Part shown: piece after piece, positions 47,835-56,378 of the stretch
Layout: the number at the start of each line of letters is the position of its first letter
How positions within the stretch are numbered: the first letter of the stretch is position 1
Source of the DNA: Escherichia coli
Lineage (GTDB): Bacteria > Pseudomonadota > Gammaproteobacteria > Enterobacterales > Enterobacteriaceae
Assembly (NCBI RefSeq): GCF_045037415.1
Contig: NZ_CP173438.1
Length of the DNA: 64,000 nucleotides
Direction: 5' to 3' (one strand)
Translations under genes and position numbers: made by a program
The notes under the pieces: model-generated
The model's input: the letters and a program-made list of their open reading frames with translations, nothing else
Told to the model about the DNA's origin: nothing
The model's database searches: none

Positions 47835-48295
47835 TATTCACCTTCTTTGCGTGGCGTTTTCTTGATCAGTTGTAAGGCAGTAAAACAGGCGACACCGATA
47901 GCGCCAACCGTGACGGCAATATCGATCCAAAACCAGGATATTTTTAATATTTGCGTGGTTTTAAAGGCTGTCCCGGCAGCTAATTTCCATGCTGACCAGG
48001 CCATGACCACCAGCAAAATAATAGACATCAGAGAGACTAAAAACGCTAATATACGTTGCCCGCGTGAAGTAAGTGCATCGGCTAAAAATGGAATCGATAA
48101 ATGGGTATTATCTCGTTCAGCAACAACCGCACCAAACATGACTACCCAAATCATTAATAAACCGGAAACCTCTTCTGTCCACTGTAATGGCATATGAAAA
48201 CAGTAACGCATTATTACCGCAGCAATGGTCATGATTACCAATATAAAGAGCGTTAATACCGCAGCAACTTCAATCATTTTCCCTAAAAGACGCAT
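47834..48295 (-). CDS. TRAP transporter small permease subunit (DctQ family)
   Basis: about 153 aa with 4 predicted TM helices; start set at MRLLGKM (GAGG RBS) rather than ORF-track start at 48331. Confidence 0.75.
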   Translation of the reverse strand: MRLLGKMIEVAAVLTLFILVIMTIAAVIMRYCFHMPLQWTEEVSGLLMIWVVMFGAVVAERDNTHLSIPFLADALTSRGQRILAFLVSLMSIILLVVMAWSAWKLAAGTAFKTTQILKISWFWIDIAVTVGAIGVACFTALQLIKKTPRKEGE

Positions 48296-48354
48296 AAACA
48301 CCTCTGCTCTTAACGGTCGGTGCCGAAACACCGACCAGTCCTTATGCCATGAAG

Positions 48355-49323
48355 TTATTTCAGCTGTTGCTGAATAGTGTCATACAAACCAGGGGTCCAT
48401 TCCGGGAATTGTTGATAGACTTTTAAGGCTTTTTCTTTGAAAGGGGCGACGTCAGGATAGATGATTTCCACGCCCTGCTCCTGCATGGTTTTCAACATTG
48501 TCGCATCCTGCTCAGTGGTAATTTTCTGGCTATATAAACCAGCTTCATACGCTGTCTGGTGAATAATATCTAACTGCGCAGGTGTCAGGGTACTGAAAAA
48601 CGCTTCGCCACCCAACCATAATGATGTATTGGTCAGATAGTTCACCATTGACAGATATTTCGCCTGCTCATGCAGCTTTTGCCCATAGAGAACAGAAACC
48701 GGGTTTTCCACACCATCGATCATCCCCTGAGTCAGCGCCGGATAAACATCTCCCAGCGGCATTGGTGTTGGGGTTGCGCCCATCGCTTCGATAGCTTTAA
48801 TCTGCATGACGTTATTCGGCACGCGGATCTTCATCCCTTTCAAGTCTTCAGGTGTACGAATCGGTTTTTTAGCAATGATCTGCCTGGTACCGTACAGATA
48901 GTTGCTCATGACAATATGCACACCTTTTTCCCGTAGTTTCTGTTCTTTTTGTTTAAACCAGTCACTGGCATAAATCGCAAACAGTTTCTGCGGATCTTCG
49001 GTTAAATAAGGCCCAAACAATATTCCCAAGTCTGCATCGTAGTCAGTTAAAAATCCTACATCACTGATGGTGATAATATTCATCCCCATCAACGCTTGTT
49101 CAGTAATATCTTGTTTAGAACCTAACTGTGAACTTGGGTAAAGTTCGAAAACAATATCTCCATTGCTTTTTTTCTTCACAAGTTCTGCCCAGTGCTTCAC
49201 TACTGTATCCGCTGGCTCGCCGGGGTTACTTTCATAGGCGATTTTGATAGTTACCGGTGCGGCATTCAGCATCGGACTAAATAAAGCTAAAAGAAATAAA
49301 AGTGGTGTCAGTAATTTTTTCAT
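48355..49323 (-). CDS. TRAP transporter periplasmic solute-binding protein (DctP family)
   Basis: 322 aa; signal peptide MKKLLTPLLFLLALFSPMLNA; DctP-like length and organisation. Confidence 0.85.
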   Translation of the reverse strand: MKKLLTPLLFLLALFSPMLNAAPVTIKIAYESNPGEPADTVVKHWAELVKKKSNGDIVFELYPSSQLGSKQDITEQALMGMNIITISDVGFLTDYDADLGILFGPYLTEDPQKLFAIYASDWFKQKEQKLREKGVHIVMSNYLYGTRQIIAKKPIRTPEDLKGMKIRVPNNVMQIKAIEAMGATPTPMPLGDVYPALTQGMIDGVENPVSVLYGQKLHEQAKYLSMVNYLTNTSLWLGGEAFFSTLTPAQLDIIHQTAYEAGLYSQKITTEQDATMLKTMQEQGVEIIYPDVAPFKEKALKVYQQFPEWTPGLYDTIQQQLK

Positions 49324-49350
49324 TATTATTACCTGTAAGAGCTTTATCGA

Positions 49351-50547
49351 TTAACGGGGATCTGCCCGACAGACTGCACTTTTGCTGTAATCAAATGCTT
49401 TATACGTTAAAACAAACTCCTGATGTTCCAGTCGTTCTGCGGCACAATATTGACCGTTGGCGACATGTTCAATCACCTGCATAATATCGTCTGCAATATC
49501 GTCGAGCGTTGCGCCTTCGCTAATTACACGACCGGCATTAACGTCCATATCGTCAGATAAATGCTCCCACGTCTGCGGGTTATTACACACTTTAATAATA
49601 GGAGCGATCACTGAACCAATAACTGAACCGCGACCTGTGGTAAATAACACCATATGACAGCCAGAGGCGATAAGTTCCAGTGCTTCTGAGGAATCGTTAA
49701 TATTCGGATACCCAAAACGAGGTTCACCATCAGGCACCACGTCCATCAACCAAAGCCCAGGAAAGGGCGTTTGTTGCGTCGGCAAAATAACGCCAGCAAT
49801 CAGCGCATCGCCCGACTTGGTATAAGCCCCAAGGGATTTTTCTTCCTGAGTGGTTAAGCCGCCTTCAGCATTACCGTTAGAAAAACTCCCCAGCCCCATC
49901 AAACTGTAATAACGTTCGGCTTTTGTCATTGCCACTTCGATGGCATCACGTGCCTGCGAACTAGCCGCGCGCGACATCATATGCTGCTCACAACCAAGCA
50001 ACTCACCGCTTTCTTCAAAAATACAGGTAGCCCCTTTCTCCAGCAGTTGGTCAAAGGCACGTCCTACTGCCGGGTTACCCGTGATACCACTGGTGCCATC
50101 GGAGCCACCGCAGATAGTACCAACCACCAGGTCGCTCCAGTTCAGGATACAACGCGGTGTATCCGCAAGCTGTTCCAGCATTTCAGCGACCAACTGCTTA
50201 CCCAGAGTAATGGTGTTGGTCGTGCCTTTATTTTCCTGAATGACCAGCGTATGGCACGGTCGCCCACTTTCTCGTACTTCTTGCTCCAGCCGACGGCGAT
50301 CGAAATTCTCGCACCCCAGCGAAATAATCAGTACACCACCTACGTTGCTATGAGTCGCCAGATTTTTCACCAGCCGATAGCCATAATCGCTGGGATAACA
50401 ACCTGAAAAACCAAAATACTGCACGTCGTGACAAGGAAATCCTTCGGCAATCTTTTTAGCGACATGGCTGGCACACTCCACCATAAAGATTACCTGCACA
50501 GTATTACGAATACCTGGTCGACCATTTTGCCGTACATAACCTTCCAT
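49351..50547 (-). CDS. UxaA/GarD-family sugar-acid dehydratase, large catalytic subunit
   Basis: 398 aa resembling the C-terminal catalytic domain of altronate/galactarate dehydratases; start overlaps stop of upstream SAF gene. Confidence 0.75.
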   Translation of the reverse strand: MEGYVRQNGRPGIRNTVQVIFMVECASHVAKKIAEGFPCHDVQYFGFSGCYPSDYGYRLVKNLATHSNVGGVLIISLGCENFDRRRLEQEVRESGRPCHTLVIQENKGTTNTITLGKQLVAEMLEQLADTPRCILNWSDLVVGTICGGSDGTSGITGNPAVGRAFDQLLEKGATCIFEESGELLGCEQHMMSRAASSQARDAIEVAMTKAERYYSLMGLGSFSNGNAEGGLTTQEEKSLGAYTKSGDALIAGVILPTQQTPFPGLWLMDVVPDGEPRFGYPNINDSSEALELIASGCHMVLFTTGRGSVIGSVIAPIIKVCNNPQTWEHLSDDMDVNAGRVISEGATLDDIADDIMQVIEHVANGQYCAAERLEHQEFVLTYKAFDYSKSAVCRADPR

Positions 50548-50858
50548 TATGCTTTTTCCTCTGACTGATAGCCGGCATCATCATGATGAAAAATGGCGAT
50601 GGCATTGCTGGCAAGATTATGGGAATGCACATGTTCACCCATGGCAATATCGCGAGTGGCGTGTCCGATAATGGCGCCGTATTTCAGAATCGAATCACCA
50701 TTGTTCAGCGCTTCGCAGGCCAGTTTGTGCCCCAGGGTAACGGAACTACAGGCCACCATTTCCCCCTCATCCCACCAGACAATATCGCCACTGGCGATGT
50801 CATTCAGCGCGACTACACAGTTATCTTTGGCATGTAGCTTTAACGCACGTTTGCGCAT
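50547..50858 (-). CDS. UxaA-family dehydratase small subunit (SAF domain)
   Basis: about 103 aa from MRKRALKLHAKDNCVVAL with perfect GGAGG RBS; ORF-track start at 50963 judged an over-extension. Confidence 0.7.
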   Translation of the reverse strand: MRKRALKLHAKDNCVVALNDIASGDIVWWDEGEMVACSSVTLGHKLACEALNNGDSILKYGAIIGHATRDIAMGEHVHSHNLASNAIAIFHHDDAGYQSEEKA

Positions 50859-50872
50859 AATTCCTCCGTACA

Positions 50873-51628
50873 TCAGAAGCCGATCAATGCGCCGCCATCC
50901 ACCACCAGCACCTGACCACTGACAAACGCCGCTGCGTCTGAAGCCAGATAAACCGCAGCCCAACCGATATCCTCCGGCTTGCCGAATTTTTTCATCGGGG
51001 TACGACCCAGGATTTTGTTACGGCGTTCGTCATCACCTTCAATGGCCTTACGCAACATTGGTGTATCGATCCAGCCTGGCGCAATACCATTGACGCGAAT
51101 CCCATGAACGGCAAGCTCCGTGGTCATACCGCGAATCATGCCGAGATAGGCTGACTTCGCTGCGCTGTAGCCAGTAACCAGAGGCTGCCCAAGAAATGAG
51201 GTCATCGATGCAGTAAAAAGCACACAGCCTTTACCGCGTTGTTTCATATGCGGCACCAGCGCTTTGGTTAACGCAAATGCGCCGACTACGTGAACGTCGA
51301 GTACTGACTCAAAATCACTGACGCTCATCTCTTCAATCGGTTTTTTGCAGTGATTGCCTGCGTTATTGACCAGGATATCGATAGCCCCGTGTTCGCTAAT
51401 AAGCACATCAACTTTTTCCTGCGCGGCTGCGGTATCCCCGACATCCATTTGTATCCAACTGGCCTGCGACCCCAATGTTCCGGCGGTCGCTTGCGCCAGC
51501 TCGCCGTTCAGGTCAGCAATAATGACCTTCGCCCCGCTGACTATCATGCATTTCGCCATTGCCAGCCCCAGCCCACTGGCTGCACCGGTGATCAACGCGG
51601 TTTTGTTATGTAAAGAAAAAGCATTCAT
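50873..51628 (-). CDS. short-chain dehydrogenase/reductase, KduD/IdnO-like
   Basis: 251 aa; TGAASGLG cofactor motif and YSAAK catalytic motif. Confidence 0.85.
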   Translation of the reverse strand: MNAFSLHNKTALITGAASGLGLAMAKCMIVSGAKVIIADLNGELAQATAGTLGSQASWIQMDVGDTAAAQEKVDVLISEHGAIDILVNNAGNHCKKPIEEMSVSDFESVLDVHVVGAFALTKALVPHMKQRGKGCVLFTASMTSFLGQPLVTGYSAAKSAYLGMIRGMTTELAVHGIRVNGIAPGWIDTPMLRKAIEGDDERRNKILGRTPMKKFGKPEDIGWAAVYLASDAAAFVSGQVLVVDGGALIGF

Positions 51629-51639
51629 GGTGTCGCTCC

Positions 51640-52653
51640 TTAAAGGTCAATGAGGATTTTGGTATACGCGCCGGGATCACTTGCCCAGTCGCTAAAAGCG
51701 TGATCAGCCTGTTCCAGCGGGTAGTGAGCACTCACCAGATTGCTGACCGGATAACGCCCGGACTCCATCAATGCCAGCACGGCACGAAAATCCGCCACGG
51801 TGGCATTGCGCGAACCACGGATATCCAGTTCTTTCATCAGGAACTGCGCACTCTGATAACTCACTGGCTGTTTGGCGTAACCGACATAAACCACACGACC
51901 GCTAAACGCCACCAACCCTGTAGCCTGTTCAATGGTTTGTTGATTACCCACCGCTTCAATCACCACTTCCGGGCCGCGACCGTCATTTAACAGCACCAGT
52001 TCTGCCGCCACGTCACATTGCTGCGAATTAAGAAAACGTTGCGCACCGCATTCCAGGGCAATGTTCCGCTTGCGATCATCAATATCGATAGCAATTACGC
52101 GCGCCCCCATGGCGGATGCCGCGGCGATAGCGCCAAGGCCAATTACCCCACAACCGATAACTGCGACCCATTCACCCACATTAATTTGCGCACGTCTGGC
52201 CGCATGTAGTCCCACGGCCAGCGGTTCTACCAGCGCTAACTCATCAACACTTAAGGCATTACAGACAATGACTTTATGTGCAGGCATCGTCAGTTGTTGC
52301 GCCATCCCCCCCTGACGTTGCACACCAAGAGTTTGGTTGTTTTTACAGGCGTTAGGACGACCGCTCAGACAGGAGCTGCACACGCCACACTCAGTGCAAG
52401 GCAGAACGACCACCCGGTCACCTGGCTTGATCGCCCCTGCCATATCGCCAGTTGCCAGCACCGTGCCGCCAATTTCATGCCCCGGAATACAGGGATAATT
52501 AACCAGCGGATTTAGTCCCCGCCAGGTATTGAGGTCAGAACCACACAGTCCGACACGCTCAACATTGATTAGCACTTCTCCTTTACCGCAGACAGGTTCG
52601 GGGATATCAACAAATCGCGCCTGACTTCCCTGCTCAATGGTTAATGCCTTCAT
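51640..52653 (-). CDS. Zn-dependent medium-chain polyol/sugar-acid dehydrogenase
   Basis: 337 aa; GHE catalytic-Zn motif, structural-Zn Cys cluster, GxGxxG Rossmann motif. Confidence 0.85.
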   Translation of the reverse strand: MKALTIEQGSQARFVDIPEPVCGKGEVLINVERVGLCGSDLNTWRGLNPLVNYPCIPGHEIGGTVLATGDMAGAIKPGDRVVVLPCTECGVCSSCLSGRPNACKNNQTLGVQRQGGMAQQLTMPAHKVIVCNALSVDELALVEPLAVGLHAARRAQINVGEWVAVIGCGVIGLGAIAAASAMGARVIAIDIDDRKRNIALECGAQRFLNSQQCDVAAELVLLNDGRGPEVVIEAVGNQQTIEQATGLVAFSGRVVYVGYAKQPVSYQSAQFLMKELDIRGSRNATVADFRAVLALMESGRYPVSNLVSAHYPLEQADHAFSDWASDPGAYTKILIDL

Positions 52654-52665
52654 TCATTGCTCTCC

Positions 52666-53352
52666 TTACATTACGCCGAAGGTTTCAAAGGCCTGTACCG
52701 TGCTCATGCCATCACTGATGGCTTTGCGCACTTCACTTTCAGTTGCCACTTTTTCCAGGGCCTGGGTAATAACTTCTTTCTCAACAACCTGGGGAATAAT
52801 CAGTAATCCGTCACGATCACCAAACACGATATCGCCCGGATTCACTCGCACGCCGTGAAATTCAATAGGTACGCCGAAGTCGATGACCTTGCCGCGCGGA
52901 CCTTGATCCTGTGCGTAAGTGCCATGACAAAAAGTGGGAAATTTCAATTCAAGAATTTCAGCAGAGTCACGGGCGTAACCATCGAGTACCGCACCTGCTG
53001 CTTTCAGATGCATGGCACGGGTAGACATCAACCCGCCCCACAAGGCATAGCGCAGAGAGCTGCCCGTAGTGATGTAAACATCGTTCTCTTTGAGGGCATC
53101 CAGCGCTTCAAACATGATGCCAAACGGTTTTTCGCCAATCGCCGTCTTACCCGACGTCGATTTGGTTTCGTAAACGTCCGACTCCAGCACCGGCATTGCC
53201 CGGCCTGCCACCACCGTATTCACATCCAGCGGCTTGATTGCCGGAGAAACAAACTGGTGCATATAGCCCAGCGTGTCGAGAATATCGCCAACCACGGCGG
53301 TAAATAGCCGGGTTTTCATCAAAGCAAAAAGTTCGTTATCACTCTTCCACAT
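52666..53352 (-). CDS. RraA-family protein, putative class II 4-hydroxy-2-oxoacid aldolase
   Basis: about 228 aa from MWKSDNEL (ATG with AGGA RBS); RraA-like fold inferred by recall; first gene of the operon. Confidence 0.6.
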   Translation of the reverse strand: MWKSDNELFALMKTRLFTAVVGDILDTLGYMHQFVSPAIKPLDVNTVVAGRAMPVLESDVYETKSTSGKTAIGEKPFGIMFEALDALKENDVYITTGSSLRYALWGGLMSTRAMHLKAAGAVLDGYARDSAEILELKFPTFCHGTYAQDQGPRGKVIDFGVPIEFHGVRVNPGDIVFGDRDGLLIIPQVVEKEVITQALEKVATESEVRKAISDGMSTVQAFETFGVM

Positions 53353-53361
53353 TATTTTCGT

Positions 53362-53390
53362 CCTGTAAGCCTGTTTAACAGGTTTACAGG
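53362..53390. promoter_or_regulatory. nested inverted-repeat candidate operator
   Basis: CCTGTAAGCCTGTTTAACAGGTTTACAGG: two CCTGT arms then two ACAGG arms; inner tGTttaACa fits GntR-type GT-Nx-AC; 10-38 bp upstream of the first operon gene. Confidence 0.5.
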
Positions 53391-53615
53391 GTAAGGAGAA
53401 AAAGCGCACAATACTGCGAAGGGCGTCACGAAAAAGTTGTGTATTTACTATTTCTTCGCCACTCTTTCACACAATATGTCTTTGATTCGCACTGCATGGC
53501 GGGCGCACAGGCGCAGTAGTCTATTGATAATCAAGGGTTCTGGAGGAAAATATGAAGGATACAGTCCCGGTATTCTGGATTTCACCGACCAGGAAAAAGT
53601 ACAACAGGAGTAAAA

Positions 53616-54329
53616 ATGAGTGAGAGTGCGTTATTGACCAGCGTAACGTTATCGTCACAGGTCAAAAATCATATTCTTAATCTGATCGCCGAACAAAAAT
53701 TGACACCGGGGATGCCAGTTCCCAGTGAAGTTCAGCTGATTCAGAAATTGGGTGTCAGTCGGGGTATTGTGCGTGAGGCCTATCGTTCACTTGCCGCCCT
53801 GGGGATTCTGGAAACGCACAGCGGTAAAGTGCCACGAATCAAAAAATTTGATGATGAAGTGCTGCGCGTGGTGTTTGGATTTGCCCTGGCGACCGAACAA
53901 GTGACAACAGAGCAAATTCTTCAAGTACGCCGCTGGCTGGAGTTGGGCGTTGTGGAAGCTGCTGCCCGTAATGGCGAAGAGGAAGATTTTGCTAACCTAC
54001 GGGCTGAAATGGCAAAAATCCGCGAACAGTTCAATGATGTTGAAAGCTTTATCACCCATGATATCCGCTTCCATCAGTTACTTGCCGTTGCCTCAAAAAA
54101 TCCGCTTTTTATGATGTTATTGCAGGCATTACATCAGCAGTTGCGGCAATCCATCCAGGAGGGTTTAAACGCCCAAAGCGATCAGAAAGAGTATGGCAAT
54201 CACATCATCACACTACACCAGAAAATCTGCGATGCTGTGTGTGCCAGGGATGTCGAAACGGCGACTCAAGCCATGAAATCACACTTCGACAGCCCGGTCA
54301 GTGCACTGATCAATAATTCCTCGTCATAA
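53616..54329 (+). CDS. GntR-family (FadR/FCD subfamily) transcriptional regulator
   Basis: 237 aa; N-terminal HTH (KLGVSRGIVREAYRSL), C-terminal all-helical FCD-like domain; divergent from the catabolic operon. Confidence 0.85.
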   Translation: MSESALLTSVTLSSQVKNHILNLIAEQKLTPGMPVPSEVQLIQKLGVSRGIVREAYRSLAALGILETHSGKVPRIKKFDDEVLRVVFGFALATEQVTTEQILQVRRWLELGVVEAAARNGEEEDFANLRAEMAKIREQFNDVESFITHDIRFHQLLAVASKNPLFMMLLQALHQQLRQSIQEGLNAQSDQKEYGNHIITLHQKICDAVCARDVETATQAMKSHFDSPVSALINNSSS

Positions 54330-54508
54330 GACTTATCTCAGTTCAATCGTTTACTCTTCCCTCTTTTACAAACGAGAGGGAGACAACGGTACTTAATACG
54401 CCCTTTAGCCAAAATCTGTCTTTTTCTTGATTACCGCTATTTTTTCGTTGAGGCGCATTCTTTATGCTGTATCGATACACCAAAGGTAAGTTAAACAGGG
54501 AGTGACGG

Positions 54509-55555
54509 ATGCCAGTGCTACAGTGGGGAATGTTATGTGTTCTGTCACTTCTCCTTTCTATTGGCTTCCTCGCTTTACATCTCCCGGCGGCACTCCTGCT
54601 TGGCCCGATGATCGCGGGGATCATCTTCAGTATGCACGGAGTCACTCTGCAACTTCCCCGCTCCGCTTTTCTCGCTGCCCAAGCCATTCTTGGCTGCATG
54701 ATTGCACAAAACCTCACTGGTTCGATTCTCACCACGCTGGCCGTCAACTGGCCGATCGTGCTTGCGATTTTACTGGTGACGCTGCTTTCCAGCGCCATCG
54801 TGGGTTGGTTATTGGTGCGCTATAGCTCACTGCCTGGGAATACCGGGGCCTGGGGTTCTTCTCCTGGCGGCGCGGCGGCAATGGTCGCAATGGCGCAAGA
54901 TTACGGCGCAGATATTCGCCTGGTGGCGTTTATGCAATATCTGCGAGTGCTGTTCGTCGCAGGAGCCGCTGTTCTGGTCACCCGCATGATGCTGGGCGAT
55001 AACGCTGAAGCGGTTAACCAGCAGATCGTCTGGTTCCCGCCAGTGAGCATTAATCTCCTGCTTACGATTTTGCTCGCGGTCGTTGCCGGTACGGCGGGAT
55101 GCTTGCTACGTCTTCCTTCCGGCACGATGCTCATCCCGATGCTGGCGGGCGCAGTGCTCCAGTCTGGTCAGCTCATCACGATTGAACTCCCGGAATGGCT
55201 GCTGGCGATGGCATATATGGCAATTGGCTGGCGGATTGGTCTTGGTTTCGATAAGCAAATATTACTGCGGGCATTGCGCCCGCTACCGCAAATCCTGCTG
55301 TCGATTTTTGCTCTGCTGGCTATTTGTGCGGGCATGGCGTGGGGGCTGACCCGGTTTATGCATATTGATTTTATGACCGCCTACCTCGCCACCAGCCCCG
55401 GCGGGCTTGATACCGTGGCGGTCATCGCCGCAGGGAGCAATGCCGATATGGCGCTCATCATTGCGATGCAAACCCTGCGCCTGTTCAGTATTTTGCTGAC
55501 GGGGCCTGCCATCGCACGGTTTATTTCAACCTATGCGCCGAAGCGTTCGGCCTAG
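54509..55555 (+). CDS. abrB: AbrB-family membrane protein
   Basis: 348-aa polytopic membrane protein; position next to nei as in K-12. Confidence 0.9.
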   Translation: MPVLQWGMLCVLSLLLSIGFLALHLPAALLLGPMIAGIIFSMHGVTLQLPRSAFLAAQAILGCMIAQNLTGSILTTLAVNWPIVLAILLVTLLSSAIVGWLLVRYSSLPGNTGAWGSSPGGAAAMVAMAQDYGADIRLVAFMQYLRVLFVAGAAVLVTRMMLGDNAEAVNQQIVWFPPVSINLLLTILLAVVAGTAGCLLRLPSGTMLIPMLAGAVLQSGQLITIELPEWLLAMAYMAIGWRIGLGFDKQILLRALRPLPQILLSIFALLAICAGMAWGLTRFMHIDFMTAYLATSPGGLDTVAVIAAGSNADMALIIAMQTLRLFSILLTGPAIARFISTYAPKRSA

Positions 55556-56343
55556 TGCTGGCAGCCTGGGCACCAGTAAAACGGGCGCGATGACAGCGTG
55601 GTTTTCTCAATGATGCCGCCACAGCGTTCGCAAGGTTCGCCATCACGATGAAAAACCTTAAAGCGAAACAGCGCCCCATGATATTTGTTTTCATCCACCT
55701 GCCCCCGCGTAGCGTAAGAAAGTCGCGGAATATCCAGTAACGCGTGTGCGAGTGCATCCAGTTGCGGCGCATTGAGATCTTTCGCTTTATGATTTCCGGT
55801 CAACCCAACCTGCCAGAGGATCTCCACCCGCAAATAATTGCCAAGTCCTGCCAGAAACGCCTGATCGAGCAGTAATCCAGCAAACTGACGGTTACGAAAG
55901 CGCGGCGACAATAATCGTTCCTTTACCACCTCCGGCGTCAGATTCGGATCCAGCACATCGGGACCAACGCGTTGTAAAAACGGATGCGTGGTCAGTTGTT
56001 CCGGAGTCAACATCTCAATATCCGAGGCGCTATAAAGCAGAATGGTTTTGTCAGCCGTTTGCAGTTTTACCCGCAATACTCGCGTGGTCTGCGGCTCTTC
56101 GCCGGTATCAACCACGCGCCAGACGCCGTAAAGCTGATTATGGCTGTAGAGCGTTAAGTCGTTGGAAAAATGAGTTAACAACGCCTTACCACGCGTTTCC
56201 ACATGGGTAACGTGTTGACCGATAAGTCGTGATTGATAAGATTTTAACTGCGGGAAGGCAAACCAGACATCAGTTAGTGGTTTGCCTTTGATCGCCGCCT
56301 CCAGGTTATCCGCTGCACGGCGGATCTCCGGGCCTTCAGGCAT
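55552..56343 (-). CDS. nei: endonuclease VIII
   Basis: 263 aa starting [14 protein letters not shown]; C-terminal zinc finger CPGCQ. Confidence 0.97.
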   Translation of the reverse strand: MPEGPEIRRAADNLEAAIKGKPLTDVWFAFPQLKSYQSRLIGQHVTHVETRGKALLTHFSNDLTLYSHNQLYGVWRVVDTGEEPQTTRVLRVKLQTADKTILLYSASDIEMLTPEQLTTHPFLQRVGPDVLDPNLTPEVVKERLLSPRFRNRQFAGLLLDQAFLAGLGNYLRVEILWQVGLTGNHKAKDLNAPQLDALAHALLDIPRLSYATRGQVDENKYHGALFRFKVFHRDGEPCERCGGIIEKTTLSSRPFYWCPGCQH

Positions 56344-56378
56344 GGTGATATCCTTTTTTCATTCTTTATTAAGCGGGG

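Noticed and set aside
46524-54329. Possibility that the cassette is a phage-defence or toxin system
   Set aside because: All ORFs resemble transporters, oxidoreductases, a dehydratase, an aldolase and a regulator; no nuclease, ATPase, toxin or immunity-like small ORFs were seen.
54343-54798. 151-aa ORF on the minus strand at the cassette/abrB junction
   Set aside because: Overlaps the abrB start region on the opposite strand, has no RBS and no recognisable domain; likely spurious.
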